Shown here: in pieces, positions 54,713 through 64,000 of the stretch
Numbering within the stretch: position 1 is the first letter of the stretch
How the letters are laid out: each line of letters starts with the position of its first letter
Assembly: GCA_964016885.1 (NCBI GenBank)
Contig: OZ024749.1
Coordinates: forward strand, 10,292,001 to 10,356,000
Direction of reading: 5' to 3'
Source: Eledone cirrhosa
Taxonomy: Eukaryota
Length of the DNA stretch: 64,000 nucleotides
Position numbers and translations under genes: made by a program
Notes under the pieces: generated by a model
What the model was told of the DNA's origin: nothing
The model's input: the letters and a program-made list of their open reading frames with translations, nothing else
The model's database searches: none

Positions 54713-55253
54713 GGTTATATATATATCAACATTTTACCATCATTTTACGTCCACTTTTCCCTGCTTGCAAGAGTGGGACGGGAACTGATTCTGGCTTGAT
54801 TTCTACAGCTGGATGCCCTTCCTAACACCAACCTCATTTACAGTGAGTGCTGGGTGCTTTTTTTCCATGGCGCCTACGCATCCACTTTACAGTGTGGGCT
54901 GGATGCTTTTTTGCCGTGGCACCTCCATGACCACTTTGCAGTGGAATGATAGGGACCCCAGTCCTATCATCTCATTACTACAACTGAGTAAACTGGAGCA
55001 ATGTGAAATAAAGTGTCTTGCTCAAGGAAACAACACATCACCCGGTCTGAGAATTGAACTCACAACCTTTCGATTGCAAGCCCAATGCTCTAACCACTAA
55101 ACTATGTGCCTCCATATATATATATATTAGGGTAAACATTGATGCAATTCAATTCAAGCACTGAACGTACTTTTTCCACATAGGAGTGACGGAGTAAATA
55201 TCGAATAAGGAAAAGCGAAGTAGTTTCAGATGTTCAAGTCCTTTAATAATAAT

Positions 55254-55327
55254 GCTGTGATATATATTTCAATGACGACACTGGCCACACTGTTCTGTGT
55301 GCGAGTGTCATGACATCATCAGACAGC
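55254..55327 (-). ncRNA. Minimal hammerhead
   Basis: Minus: GCTGT-CTGATGA-TGTCATGACACT..AGTGTCGTCATT-GAAA-T(ATAT)A-TC-ACAGC; AUC site. Confidence 0.78.
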
Positions 55328-56044
55328 TTGTTACATAATAAGGTTATGTTTCCGAGGCAATCCAAATTGAATCGACATGGGAACGGATGAAGTGTGTGCT
55401 TTTGGGTTCTTCATCCGTTCCCCTGTAAGTACCAATTCACCCCCACCGGTCTGCGCAGGCGCATGTCCGAAGGAAGTTGACCATTAGCTACCGCAGATTT
55501 CAACGAAATTCGCTTAGTCAGTTCACCCTCTCAGCCAAACAATGGCCCACCTAGGCCTGTACCATAGTTTACTGCTACCCATCCCGACTGGCAGTCAGCC
55601 GAAAGCCAGAGGGGATGGGAGAGTGTTAGTTTTTACAGGTCACAATACGACCTCTCACCAAGCGTGGACAGTACGACTGACCATCAACTCATAAGAGAAA
55701 ATAAACTTAATTCTAGGTATCATGGTTTTACATTGGAAGTTAAGAGTGAGAGTTGGAAATAAAAATTAAAATCCTAAATCAAATATTATAAATTAAACAA
55801 TTAAAAAATTAACAATTAGAAATTAAAAAATTTTTCAAGTGAGAATCCGGATTGAGGTGAGTAAAAAAATATAGATTGAAGTGAATATATATATATAATA
55901 CACACACACACGGGTATAGAAGATTATATTAATAAAAGGAATTCCAACTTTGTCTGATTTACTCGTTTTATTTACAATCCTTTAAAATTTATAATGGTAT
56001 TAGAATGAAATAGTATGGTAGAATATTAAATGTTAAGTGTTAAT

Positions 56045-56083
56045 TGAACAAGTACTTTCATGCTTTCGCAATCTTCAGGTTCA
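56045..56083 (-). ncRNA. Very small (39 nt) hammerhead
   Basis: Minus: TGAAC-CTGAAGA-TTGC(GAAA)GCAT-GAAA-(GTAC)-TT-GTTCA; GNRA-capped stem II, palindromic loop III. Confidence 0.72.
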
Positions 56084-56270
56084 TATTCTGTGGTGACAGT
56101 CAAGTTTGCAATTTTCAACTATATATATATATATATATGTAGAAGTTATATTTAATTTGTTGGGATACAACAAGCAAATATTTTTATAACTGATATAAAG
56201 CACTCAACAAATTTTTGGAGTAAAAATACAATATATTAACAAATGGAAACTATATTTATAAAACCATATT

Positions 56271-56335
56271 TATTTCATTATACATATTTCAAGGACACCA
56301 AAGCAAATTATGGTGTACTTTCATCAGATAAAATA
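56271..56335 (-). ncRNA. Minimal hammerhead, left arm of fold-back
   Basis: Reverse complement of 56469-56533. Confidence 0.8.
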
Positions 56336-56468
56336 TAATATAGATCAGTTTTATAAACAAATATTGACATACCCTTAAAGACTGCGACCATGTCGGTTGG
56401 AAGCTCCCCGACATGGTCGCATTCTTTAAGGGTATGTCAATATTTGTTTATAAAACTGATCTATATTA

Positions 56469-56533
56469 TATTTTATCTGATGAAAGTACACCATAATTTG
56501 CTTTGGTGTCCTTGAAATATGTATAATGAAATA
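56469..56533 (+). ncRNA. Minimal hammerhead, right arm of fold-back, sense to HMT intron 3
   Basis: TATTTTAT-CTGATGA-AAGTACACCA..TGGTGTCCTT-GAAA-T(ATGT)A-TA-ATGAAATA. Confidence 0.8.
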
Positions 56534-56676
56534 AATATGGTTTTATAAATATAGTTTCCATTTGTTAATATATATATATATATACACACACACCACACCA
56601 CAAATATATCAACCATGACACAACCAACCAACCACCTCAACATACATTAATATGTTTCTCTGTTTCTTCGTCTCAG

Positions 56677-56780
56677 CTCTGAGCCATCTGTTAGTGGCTG
56701 GGTCTGTTGGGCCGTACGGCGCCTGTCTTCATGACGGCTCGGAATATAACGGACAATACATGAATACTGTGAACACTAAT
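56677..56780 (+). CDS. HMT exon 4
   Basis: tctcag| (A)LSHLLVAGSVGPYGACLHDGSEYNGQYMNTVNTN |gtaagt; contains the GSVGPYGA.L.DGSEY.G.Y signature. Confidence 0.94.
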
Positions 56781-56789
56781 GTAAGTTAA

Positions 56790-57462
56790 ATCACCACCAC
56801 CGTTGTCATCATCATCATTGTCATCATCACCATCATTGTCATCATCATGATCATCACCATCATCATCATCATCATGCAGTGATAGCGAAAGGGTAAAATA
56901 GATGTTATGACTGACATCATCATCATCCTCCATCACCATCACCACCACTACCATCGTCACCACGACCACCATCCCCACCACCACCACTACCATCCCCACC
57001 ACTACCATCATCCTCATCATCATCACCACCACCACCACCACTACCATCATCCTCATCACCACTACTGCCACCACCACTACCACCATCACCACCGCCGCCG
57101 CCATCACCACCAACACCTCCACCAACACTACCACCACCATCACCTCCACCGCCGCCACCACCACCAAGACCACCATCCCCACCACCACCACTACCATCCC
57201 CACCACTACCATCATCCTCATCACCATCACCACCATCACCTCCACCACCACCACCACCACCTCTACCCCCCCCCCCCCCCCCGCCACCACCACCACCACT
57301 ACCATCATCCTCATGACCACTACTACCACTACCACCACCACCACCATCACCACTACCACCACCACCACCATCACCACCACCACCAACACCAACACCACCA
57401 CCACCACCACCAACACCACCATCACCACCACCACCACCACCACCACCACCATCACCATCAAC
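56790..57462. repeat. (CAC/CAT)n trinucleotide low-complexity tract filling HMT intron 4
   Basis: Direct inspection. Confidence 0.95.
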
Positions 57463-57524
57463 TTATGAAATCCCTTGTAAAATTGTTACACAAGATGAAG
57501 TATAACTTCTCTGTTTTTACACAG

Positions 57525-57686
57525 GAACTAAAGTCCTGGCACAAATCTCGAATTAATCTTTTGATGGAAGCAGGTGTTGACATGTTAGCAGTGGAAACTT
57601 TCCCATCCCTCAAAGAAGCTCTTGTTGTCCTGGATATCATGAACGAAACCCCAAATTGTCGTGGATGGGTGACATTTTCTTGCAAG
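57525..57686 (+). CDS. HMT exon 5
   Basis: acacag| ELKSWHKSRINLLMEAGVDMLAVETFPSLKEALVVLDIMNETPNCRGWVTFSCK |gttatt; contains D.LA.ET.P...EA and W.SF motifs. Confidence 0.93.
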
Positions 57687-58114
57687 GTTATTTTTGGATT
57701 TTTTCATTCTTCTTCTTCTTCATTCACTATTTCTGGGAAGGTCGTGAGGGAAGAGTTCTCAAATACTCCTTCCAGCGAGTCTTGTCAGAAGCAACTATCT
57801 CCGATTGATCTAACAGGATCCCCAAGTGAGACCAGCTGAGCTCACGGATGTTATCCAATTATTTTGCTCAGGGTCTACCCCTGGGTCTCCTGCCAGTTGG
57901 GTTTGCATTATCTTAATTCAGGGGGCAAGGGATTGGTGAAATCGGTAGAGCCTCGGATAAAATGTCTTGCAGTATTTAGTTATGGCACTTTTCATCCTGC
58001 TGGGGTCAATTAAATAAAGTACAAGTTAAGTACCGAGGTTGATTTTATTGAACTTTTCCCTCGCTCCAAATTGCTGGCCTTGTGCCAAATCTAGATACAC
58101 TGTAAAAAAAATGT

Positions 58115-58470
58115 ATCCAGCCCACACAGTAAAGTGGTCGTGGAGGTTCCACGACAAAAAGCACCCAGCCCACACTGTAAAGTGGTCGTGTGGGTGTTAC
58201 GACAAAAAGCTCCCAGCCCACACTGTAAAGTGGTCGTGTGGGTGTTACGACAAAAAGCACCCAGCCCACACTGTAAAGTGGTCGTGTGGGTGTTACGACA
58301 AAAATTACCCAGCCCACACTGTAAAGTGGTCGTGTGGGTGTTACGACAAAAAGCTCCCAGCCCACACTGTAAAGTGGTCGTGTGGGTGTTACGACAAAAA
58401 GCTCCCAGCCCACACTGTAAAGTGGTCGTGTGGGTGTTACGACAAAAAGCTCCCAGCCCACACTGTAAAT
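58115..58470. repeat. 48-bp minisatellite, ~7 copies
   Basis: CCCAGCCCACACTGTAAAGTGGTCGTGTGGGTGTTACGACAAAAAGCT. Confidence 0.95.
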
Positions 58471-59880
58471 ATGGTTGGCATTAGGAATGGCTTCCAGTAG
58501 AAACCTAACCAGAAACAGTCCTATATAAGCAAGACACGGTTACCTGACCCAACTTACCTCAAACGAGACAACCCGTCTAACCCATGCTAACATGGTAAAT
58601 GGATGTTAAACGAGGATGATTAATTATCTTAATTCAGAGGGCAGTGGATTGGCAGAGTCGTTAGAGCATCAGACAAATTACTGTGTGTAGCATTTCGTTA
58701 CAGCTCTTTACACTCTGTGTTCAAATCCTGCCAAGGCCAACTTTGCTCTTTCGTACTTCTGGGGCTGATAAAATAAAGTACCAGTCATGTACTGGGGTTG
58801 ATATAATTGATTTTCTCCTCCCCACAAATTGTTAGCCTTTTGCTCATATTAGAAATCATTATCTTAATTCAGAGACCAACAGATTGGCAAAATCTGTAGA
58901 GAGTCGGACAAAATGCTTTGCAGCATTTAGTTACAGCCAAGGTGAAATTTACCTTCCATCTTTCCAGGACCAATAAAATAAAGTACCAATACTATAAATA
59001 TTTGGTTTCCAAACATTATTTTGGAAAAACTAAACAAACCAGCTCTCTTAACACAGTTGGCATATTGTTATTTTTCACAAATCTCTTACTAAACTTTACT
59101 TTTTTCTTACTTTGACAGCTATATATGAACTTTTGTACAAATTTCAGTTTGTAATTTTCACATCTTAAAACTTAATTTTAGTCTTTTGCGGCACATCTAG
59201 TTATATCTTGTGGCGCATCAGTGTGCTGCTGCACACGGTTTGGGAACCACTTCTATTGACATTTCAATTAAAAGACCTGTTTTAGATGCTATGGTATGGA
59301 CCTGTAACTCCTGAGCAGTTGTAGGGGCGACATATTGACATCTGGTGTTTCTAGAGCTTTTTTTAAAACTTGGCGGAGCCCATCTCCTCTCCAGGGCTGA
59401 ATACAGCAGATTTCTTCCAGGGAAGGAGAGAGAGGGAAAGAATGGCGGTGAGAAAGAGATACAGAGGAAGAATCGACCCCAGTACTTAACTGGTACTTTT
59501 TTTATCGACCTTGAATGGATGAAAGGCAAAGTTGAACTCAGAGAGCTGAAATGAATATTACAAAGCATTCTATCTGACATTCTAATGACTCTGCCAATTC
59601 GCCTGTTTTTAGATATTTTCTGCTAAATCATTACAGGGTGTTAAGAGTTAAAGATGTTGACTATGCGGAGATATTCATGTAAATAACATGATGTGTCTTA
59701 TCTAAGCATATGCTCAGCTATGCTTTGAATTTAAAACACCTGGGGTCAACTGTTCCCCCACCACTGGAGGTCAATGAAATAAGCACAAGACTGGAAGTGA
59801 TTACATAAACTAAACAGCTGAATGAATAAGGTGTCAAACTACTTGACTTGCTAGAAATAGAAGCTAAATCTATCTCAAAC

Positions 59881-59915
<35 letters not shown>

Positions 59916-61007
59916 TGTTTCTACTTTTGGCACAAGACCAGCAATTACCCAGTGCATTACTGGTACTTTATTTTATCGACAATGCTCAGGTGCACTACAA
60001 CTCATCAAAGGTGCATGTATAATACATAGAATAATGTACAAATGTTATGAAAGTGAACAGTGTATGTGTCATGATATACACCCAGATACATGTGAGGGAA
60101 TATCAGGTGTAGTGCTGGCGAATTTCAGGAAGCATGGAAGTTTGAAAGGATGCAGTGTCTCGACAGCTAACAACTGATGCAGGTAGTTTGTTCCATGCTT
60201 CAGCAACTCTGAGTGTGAAAAAATGTTTCCGAAAGTCATGGGAGCTGTGTCGGTCATAAATATGCAAAAGATGGGATGGTCATGAGTGAAATATATTTTG
60301 ATCAGGGTTGACTTGGAGCTAAACAACATTAACTTTTATTGAGAGGTGTGTGGAGTTGATTCTGCCAATATCCAGCAGCAGTGTTTTAGTCAAAATGGAG
60401 ACGGACTCCTTTATTGTGATCACACCATATTTCATCATCATCATTAGCATCATTTAATGCTTGTTTTCCCTGCTTGCAAGGGTTGGATGGGTTGTCATAG
60501 ACCAAGTCAATAGGTGGAGTTACTGACCTCTGTGGTGGGCCAGGGACCTGCATCTCATTTACATACGTTCCTACACTCTACCAACTGCTCTGGTGGGCCA
60601 GGGGCCTGCATCTTGCTTACAAAATGTTCCCACTTACTACCAAGTGCATTTTATCATGACATCATTCCAAGGAAGGCTGTTATGTCTTTGACAAAGCTGA
60701 GTCCTCCCAATATTTTGTTTGGCAGGTTTTCTACATATGGATGCCTTTCCTATCACCAACCACTTTACAGAGTGTACTGGGTGTATTCATCAATTTGATT
60801 CCCAACACTAAGGAATTTGTTATGTCTTTGACACAACTGAGGAGTCCTCATGACTCCTTGTTTGCCATTTTGTCTATGGCTGGATTCCCCTCTTATTGCT
60901 AACCACTTTACAGATTGTACTGGGTGTATTCAATGTTTAGATCTCCAACACTAGAGAGGTTGTCATGTCTTTCTGACAGTTTGGTGTATTTTTATTGTAA
61001 TTTTTAG

Positions 61008-61210
61008 GATGGACAGCAAACCTGCGGCGGAGATAATTTCTGTGAAGCCATAAAACAAGTTATGAGTTCAAGTTGTGTGATAGCGGCTGGAGTTAACTGT
61101 ACAAACCCTGAATATATTGGAGACTTATTAGCCAGCATCAAACCATTAACTTTGACTAAACCAGTCATTGTAAAACCAAACAGTGGAGAAATATGGAATG
61201 TTATGCAAGG
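61008..61210 (+). CDS. HMT exon 6
   Basis: tttttag| DGQQTCGGDNFCEAIKQVMSSSCVIAAGVNCTNPEYIGDLLASIKPLTLTKPVIVKPNSGEIWNVMQ-GG |gtaagt; contains the GVNC zinc ligand and PNSGE. Confidence 0.94.
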
Positions 61211-61544
61211 GTAAGTAAGCTCATCTCCACTTTCCTCTCCCATCAACATTTCTACAGTGTTGTTGTTGTTGTTGGTGTTGTTGGTGGTGTTGTTGTTGTT
61301 GTTGCTGCTGCTGTTACTGCTGTTGGTAGTGGTGTGAGTGTTGTAACACGTTTATGAAATTATTTGTAGAGGAATCATTTTCAGACTTTGTTTTACATTA
61401 TTGTAGTTGTAGTTGTAGTAGTAGCGGTGGTGGTGGTGGTAGTAGTAGTAGTAGTAGTAATAGTAGCGGTGGTAGTAGTAGTAGCGGTGGTGGTGGTTAA
61501 ACAAAGAGTTTAGACTCTTTTATCTCTTTTATTTGTCGTTGTAG

Positions 61545-61686
61545 GTGGCATGGTGGTACTAAGAGCATCAGTGAATACAGTAAGAAATGGATAAGAAATG
61601 GTGCCAGTTGGATCGGTGGCTGCTGTCGTGTCTATCCAGAAGATATTTTTAAACTGAAGTCTGTTATATCAAACACTGTCACTTGA
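61545..61686 (+). CDS. HMT exon 7 (last); spliced CDS 924 nt = 307 aa
   Basis: ttgtag| (G)WHGGTKSISEYSKKWIRNGASWIGGCCRVYPEDIFKLKSVISNTVT* (TGA 61684-61686); IGGCC zinc ligands; all exon phases join. Confidence 0.94.
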
Positions 61687-61848
61687 ACCATCAGACATGA
61701 CAAATTTGACTTTAACGTCCTATACCACATGAAACCGCATTAACAATATATTCTTGAGAAGTACAAAATAGCACTAGTACTGCATCACATCAACAATTAT
61801 AGTCTTTACGATAATTCTGCAAATTTTCACAGTGATCTGTTGTTTACA

Positions 61849-61854
61849 AATAAA
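61849..61854 (+). promoter_or_regulatory. Candidate polyadenylation signal of HMT
   Basis: AATAAA about 160 nt after the stop codon. Confidence 0.4.
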
Positions 61855-62653
61855 AATACTATAAAGATACTTTCTGCCAGGAGTTGCAACCGGTAGATAG
61901 TATCAGCAATGGAAAGACCAATGGAAACATTGTTTCTTTGGTCTGATTTGATGAGGTCCATCCTACTCGGCAAGCGAATGAGGTTGGGATCTTGTTGATT
62001 GATTTTCCTCCTCCCCTATAAATATTTGAATTGACAAACCACAAGAAATCATATTAGTGAGACATTCTTTGAAAAGTACAAAACTTAGGACTGCATCACA
62101 TTAAATTGAAGTCTTTATTTTAGTTTACTACACATTTTTCATAATAATCTGCCCACTAGTAAAGATACTATAAACATTTGAATTAACAAACCATTTAAAA
62201 TCACGTTAGTCAGACATTCTTGTAAAGTACAAAACGCCACTAGGACTGCATCACATAAAACATTAGTCTTTACTCTAATACTGCAAGTTTTCACAACAAT
62301 CTGTCCACTGATAAACATTACAGAAACAATCACTTGAAAAACATAACAAAAACATTGTTGAAAATATGACATGTTCCAGAATATTATTTGAACTTTGACC
62401 TGCCCTTCCCTATCTCCACAGTCCCCACACACCCCAAAATGTAAAGATGAGAAAGTAAGTTGTTGTTTTTTTTTTTAAATATATTTGTTTTATTTATTAA
62501 TTATTGCTAAAGATTTTGTAAAAATTTTTTAGTAAATAAATTACATTTTTTTTCCTAAGAACTTTTTGTTTACAATTTTCAAAGAAATTATAATATAAGA
62601 AAAATGAAAATCATCATTATTATTAACATTTTTATTATTATTATTATTATTGA

Positions 62654-64000
62654 ATGCTATGGTTGACGGAGGCTCGGCTTTGTAAGGTATTGTGGATTTT
62701 GACCGCTATAACAATTGTAAATTGTTTGAAACTTTAACCAATAGACAGAAGCACCCTCCTCCTCGTGAGAGGGGTCTTTCTGCTCGTTATTTGGCCCTTC
62801 GGGGTTGAGTAGCCGCTTATTGGGGTTTTGTGCCCAATATTTGTTTTAAACAAAAAAACAACATGGCTACGAAAAAGAATTTTCATAGGTCACTCCCACT
62901 CATTCCGTCTTCTTTTTCCTCAATCGTCACTACAGCAGAGAGAAGATTGTCTCTCTCCCTCCCTTCTCTTTCGCAAGCGACGCCAGAAAAGAAAAATCAT
63001 CTGCAAAGCGAGCAAGATTTCTCGACAACGACAACGACGAAAAAGGTGTGCGGGAAATACGAAAACCCATTTCATTCGTCTGACGTCAGGAATAATAGCA
63101 GTAGCAGCCGTAATAAAAGCAGCAACAGTGACAATGAAAACAACAGTAGCAGCCGCAACAGCAGCAGCATAAACAACAACAGCATTGGCAGCAACGGCAA
63201 CAGCAGCAGCAACAACAACAACCACAGCAACAGCGGCGGCAGTAGTCGTAGTACCTGCAGCAGCAACAAAAGTGACAGCAGCTCTGACGACAACAACAAC
63301 AACAACAACAGCAGCAAAGAAAAACCAATCTCGTTTGCAGGTATCGCAAAGAACCTGGAAACCATCCTCATAACAAATGAGGAATTAGAGGAAGCGAAGA
63401 AGATGGTGACAAAAACTGGACACCAAGCAATCTGCAAGGCAGCCGAAAAATTTTTCAAAACCCAACAGCACTGTACGGTCACGTACCGTACAGTAAGTAC
63501 AAAATCCCGTAGGGTTGGAAAAGCCAGAGGCTCAAATACAAAAAGCCTTGGGGTCTGTGTGGCAGCGGAAAACGCACGTCACCCGAGGCAAGAAATATGC
63601 CACCGTAGACGTACTTTTTGCCACACCCCAGGAGGCAAAGGCTCAATCCTTACGGACCCTAAGGAGCGAGGAAATGGTGCCCTCCTACTGTGGGCAAAAA
63701 ATTGTGAGGGTCAAACTGACCCCCCCCCCCCCCCCCCCGGGATGGCCCCTTCTTGGTTGGCCGCGTCTGTCCTCGTCGGAATCGAGGACAAAACAACTGT
63801 ACTGCAAGTACAGAAAAAAGTAAGAGAAGATTGGGTCGGCACCTCCATTGAGATGTTAATCCAAACCAACCAGGAGTGCATCGAAGCTATCCCGGATGTG
63901 ATAGACTTCGATAACGGCACTTAACTGCCCATAAGTGTTGAGGGCAAACGCCCGAAATGCTTTCACTGTGGATCGAAGACTCACCTCAGGGCCTTCTGCA
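62654..64000 (+). mobile_element. 5' part of a LINE: 5' UTR and disrupted gag-like ORF1 with CCHC knuckle, running off the window
   Basis: ORF from ATG 62863 with Ser/Asn low complexity and frameshifts (~63490, poly-C ~63720). After an in-frame TAA (63922-63924) it reads LPISVEGKRPKCFHCGSKTHLRAFC = CX2CX4HX4C. Confidence 0.75.

Larger units (their letters stand above)
56140..56575. mobile_element. (TA)n-embedded fold-back element with two hammerheads
   Basis: About 160-bp inverted arms 56233-56395 / 56409-56571; same family as 14240-14720. Confidence 0.75.

Noticed and set aside
55376-55622. Hairpins (GGGAACGGATGAAG..CTTCATCCGTTCCC; CCCATCCC..GGGATGGG) as possible SECIS elements
   Set aside because: No convincing AUGA/GA quartet plus apical AA geometry, and no UGA-containing ORF identified.
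56907-57839. 310-aa His-rich ORF in frame with HMT exon 5 (and its Val-rich antisense ORF)
   Set aside because: The His tract is an intronic (CAC/CAT)n repeat. Exon 4 donor and exon 5 acceptor are canonical and give an uninterrupted HMT.

Overview
AT-rich, repeat-dense animal genomic DNA. The SINE/LINE content (tRNA-headed CORE-type and Meta-type SINEs, RTE LINEs, abundant (TA)n) suggests a cephalopod such as Octopus; this is inference. Three + strand spliced genes can be reconstructed by hand: (1) the last exon of a SELENBP1/methanethiol oxidase homologue (6369-6570), ending in an unusual -PKL extension; (2) a complete 5-exon LTO1/ORAOV1 gene (12326-35365, 153 aa, C-terminal LSF); (3) a complete 7-exon Zn-dependent homocysteine S-methyltransferase (45651-61686, 307 aa). 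The rest is transposon-derived: a near-full-length RTE LINE and fragments, CR1, CRE-like, Penelope-like, Helitron, Merlin, piggyBac/hAT/Tigger-like MITEs, a LINE ORF1 at the right edge, and mini/microsatellites. The main hidden signal is at least a dozen minimal type-I hammerhead ribozyme motifs from several sequence-unrelated families. They sit in short, mostly (TA)n-embedded and often fold-back elements, many of which share a 3' ACTC..TTGAGTRCT motif, and one degenerate copy abuts a Penelope-like RT remnant. Stem II shows covariation between copies. All alignments and foldings were done by eye; no database searches were run.
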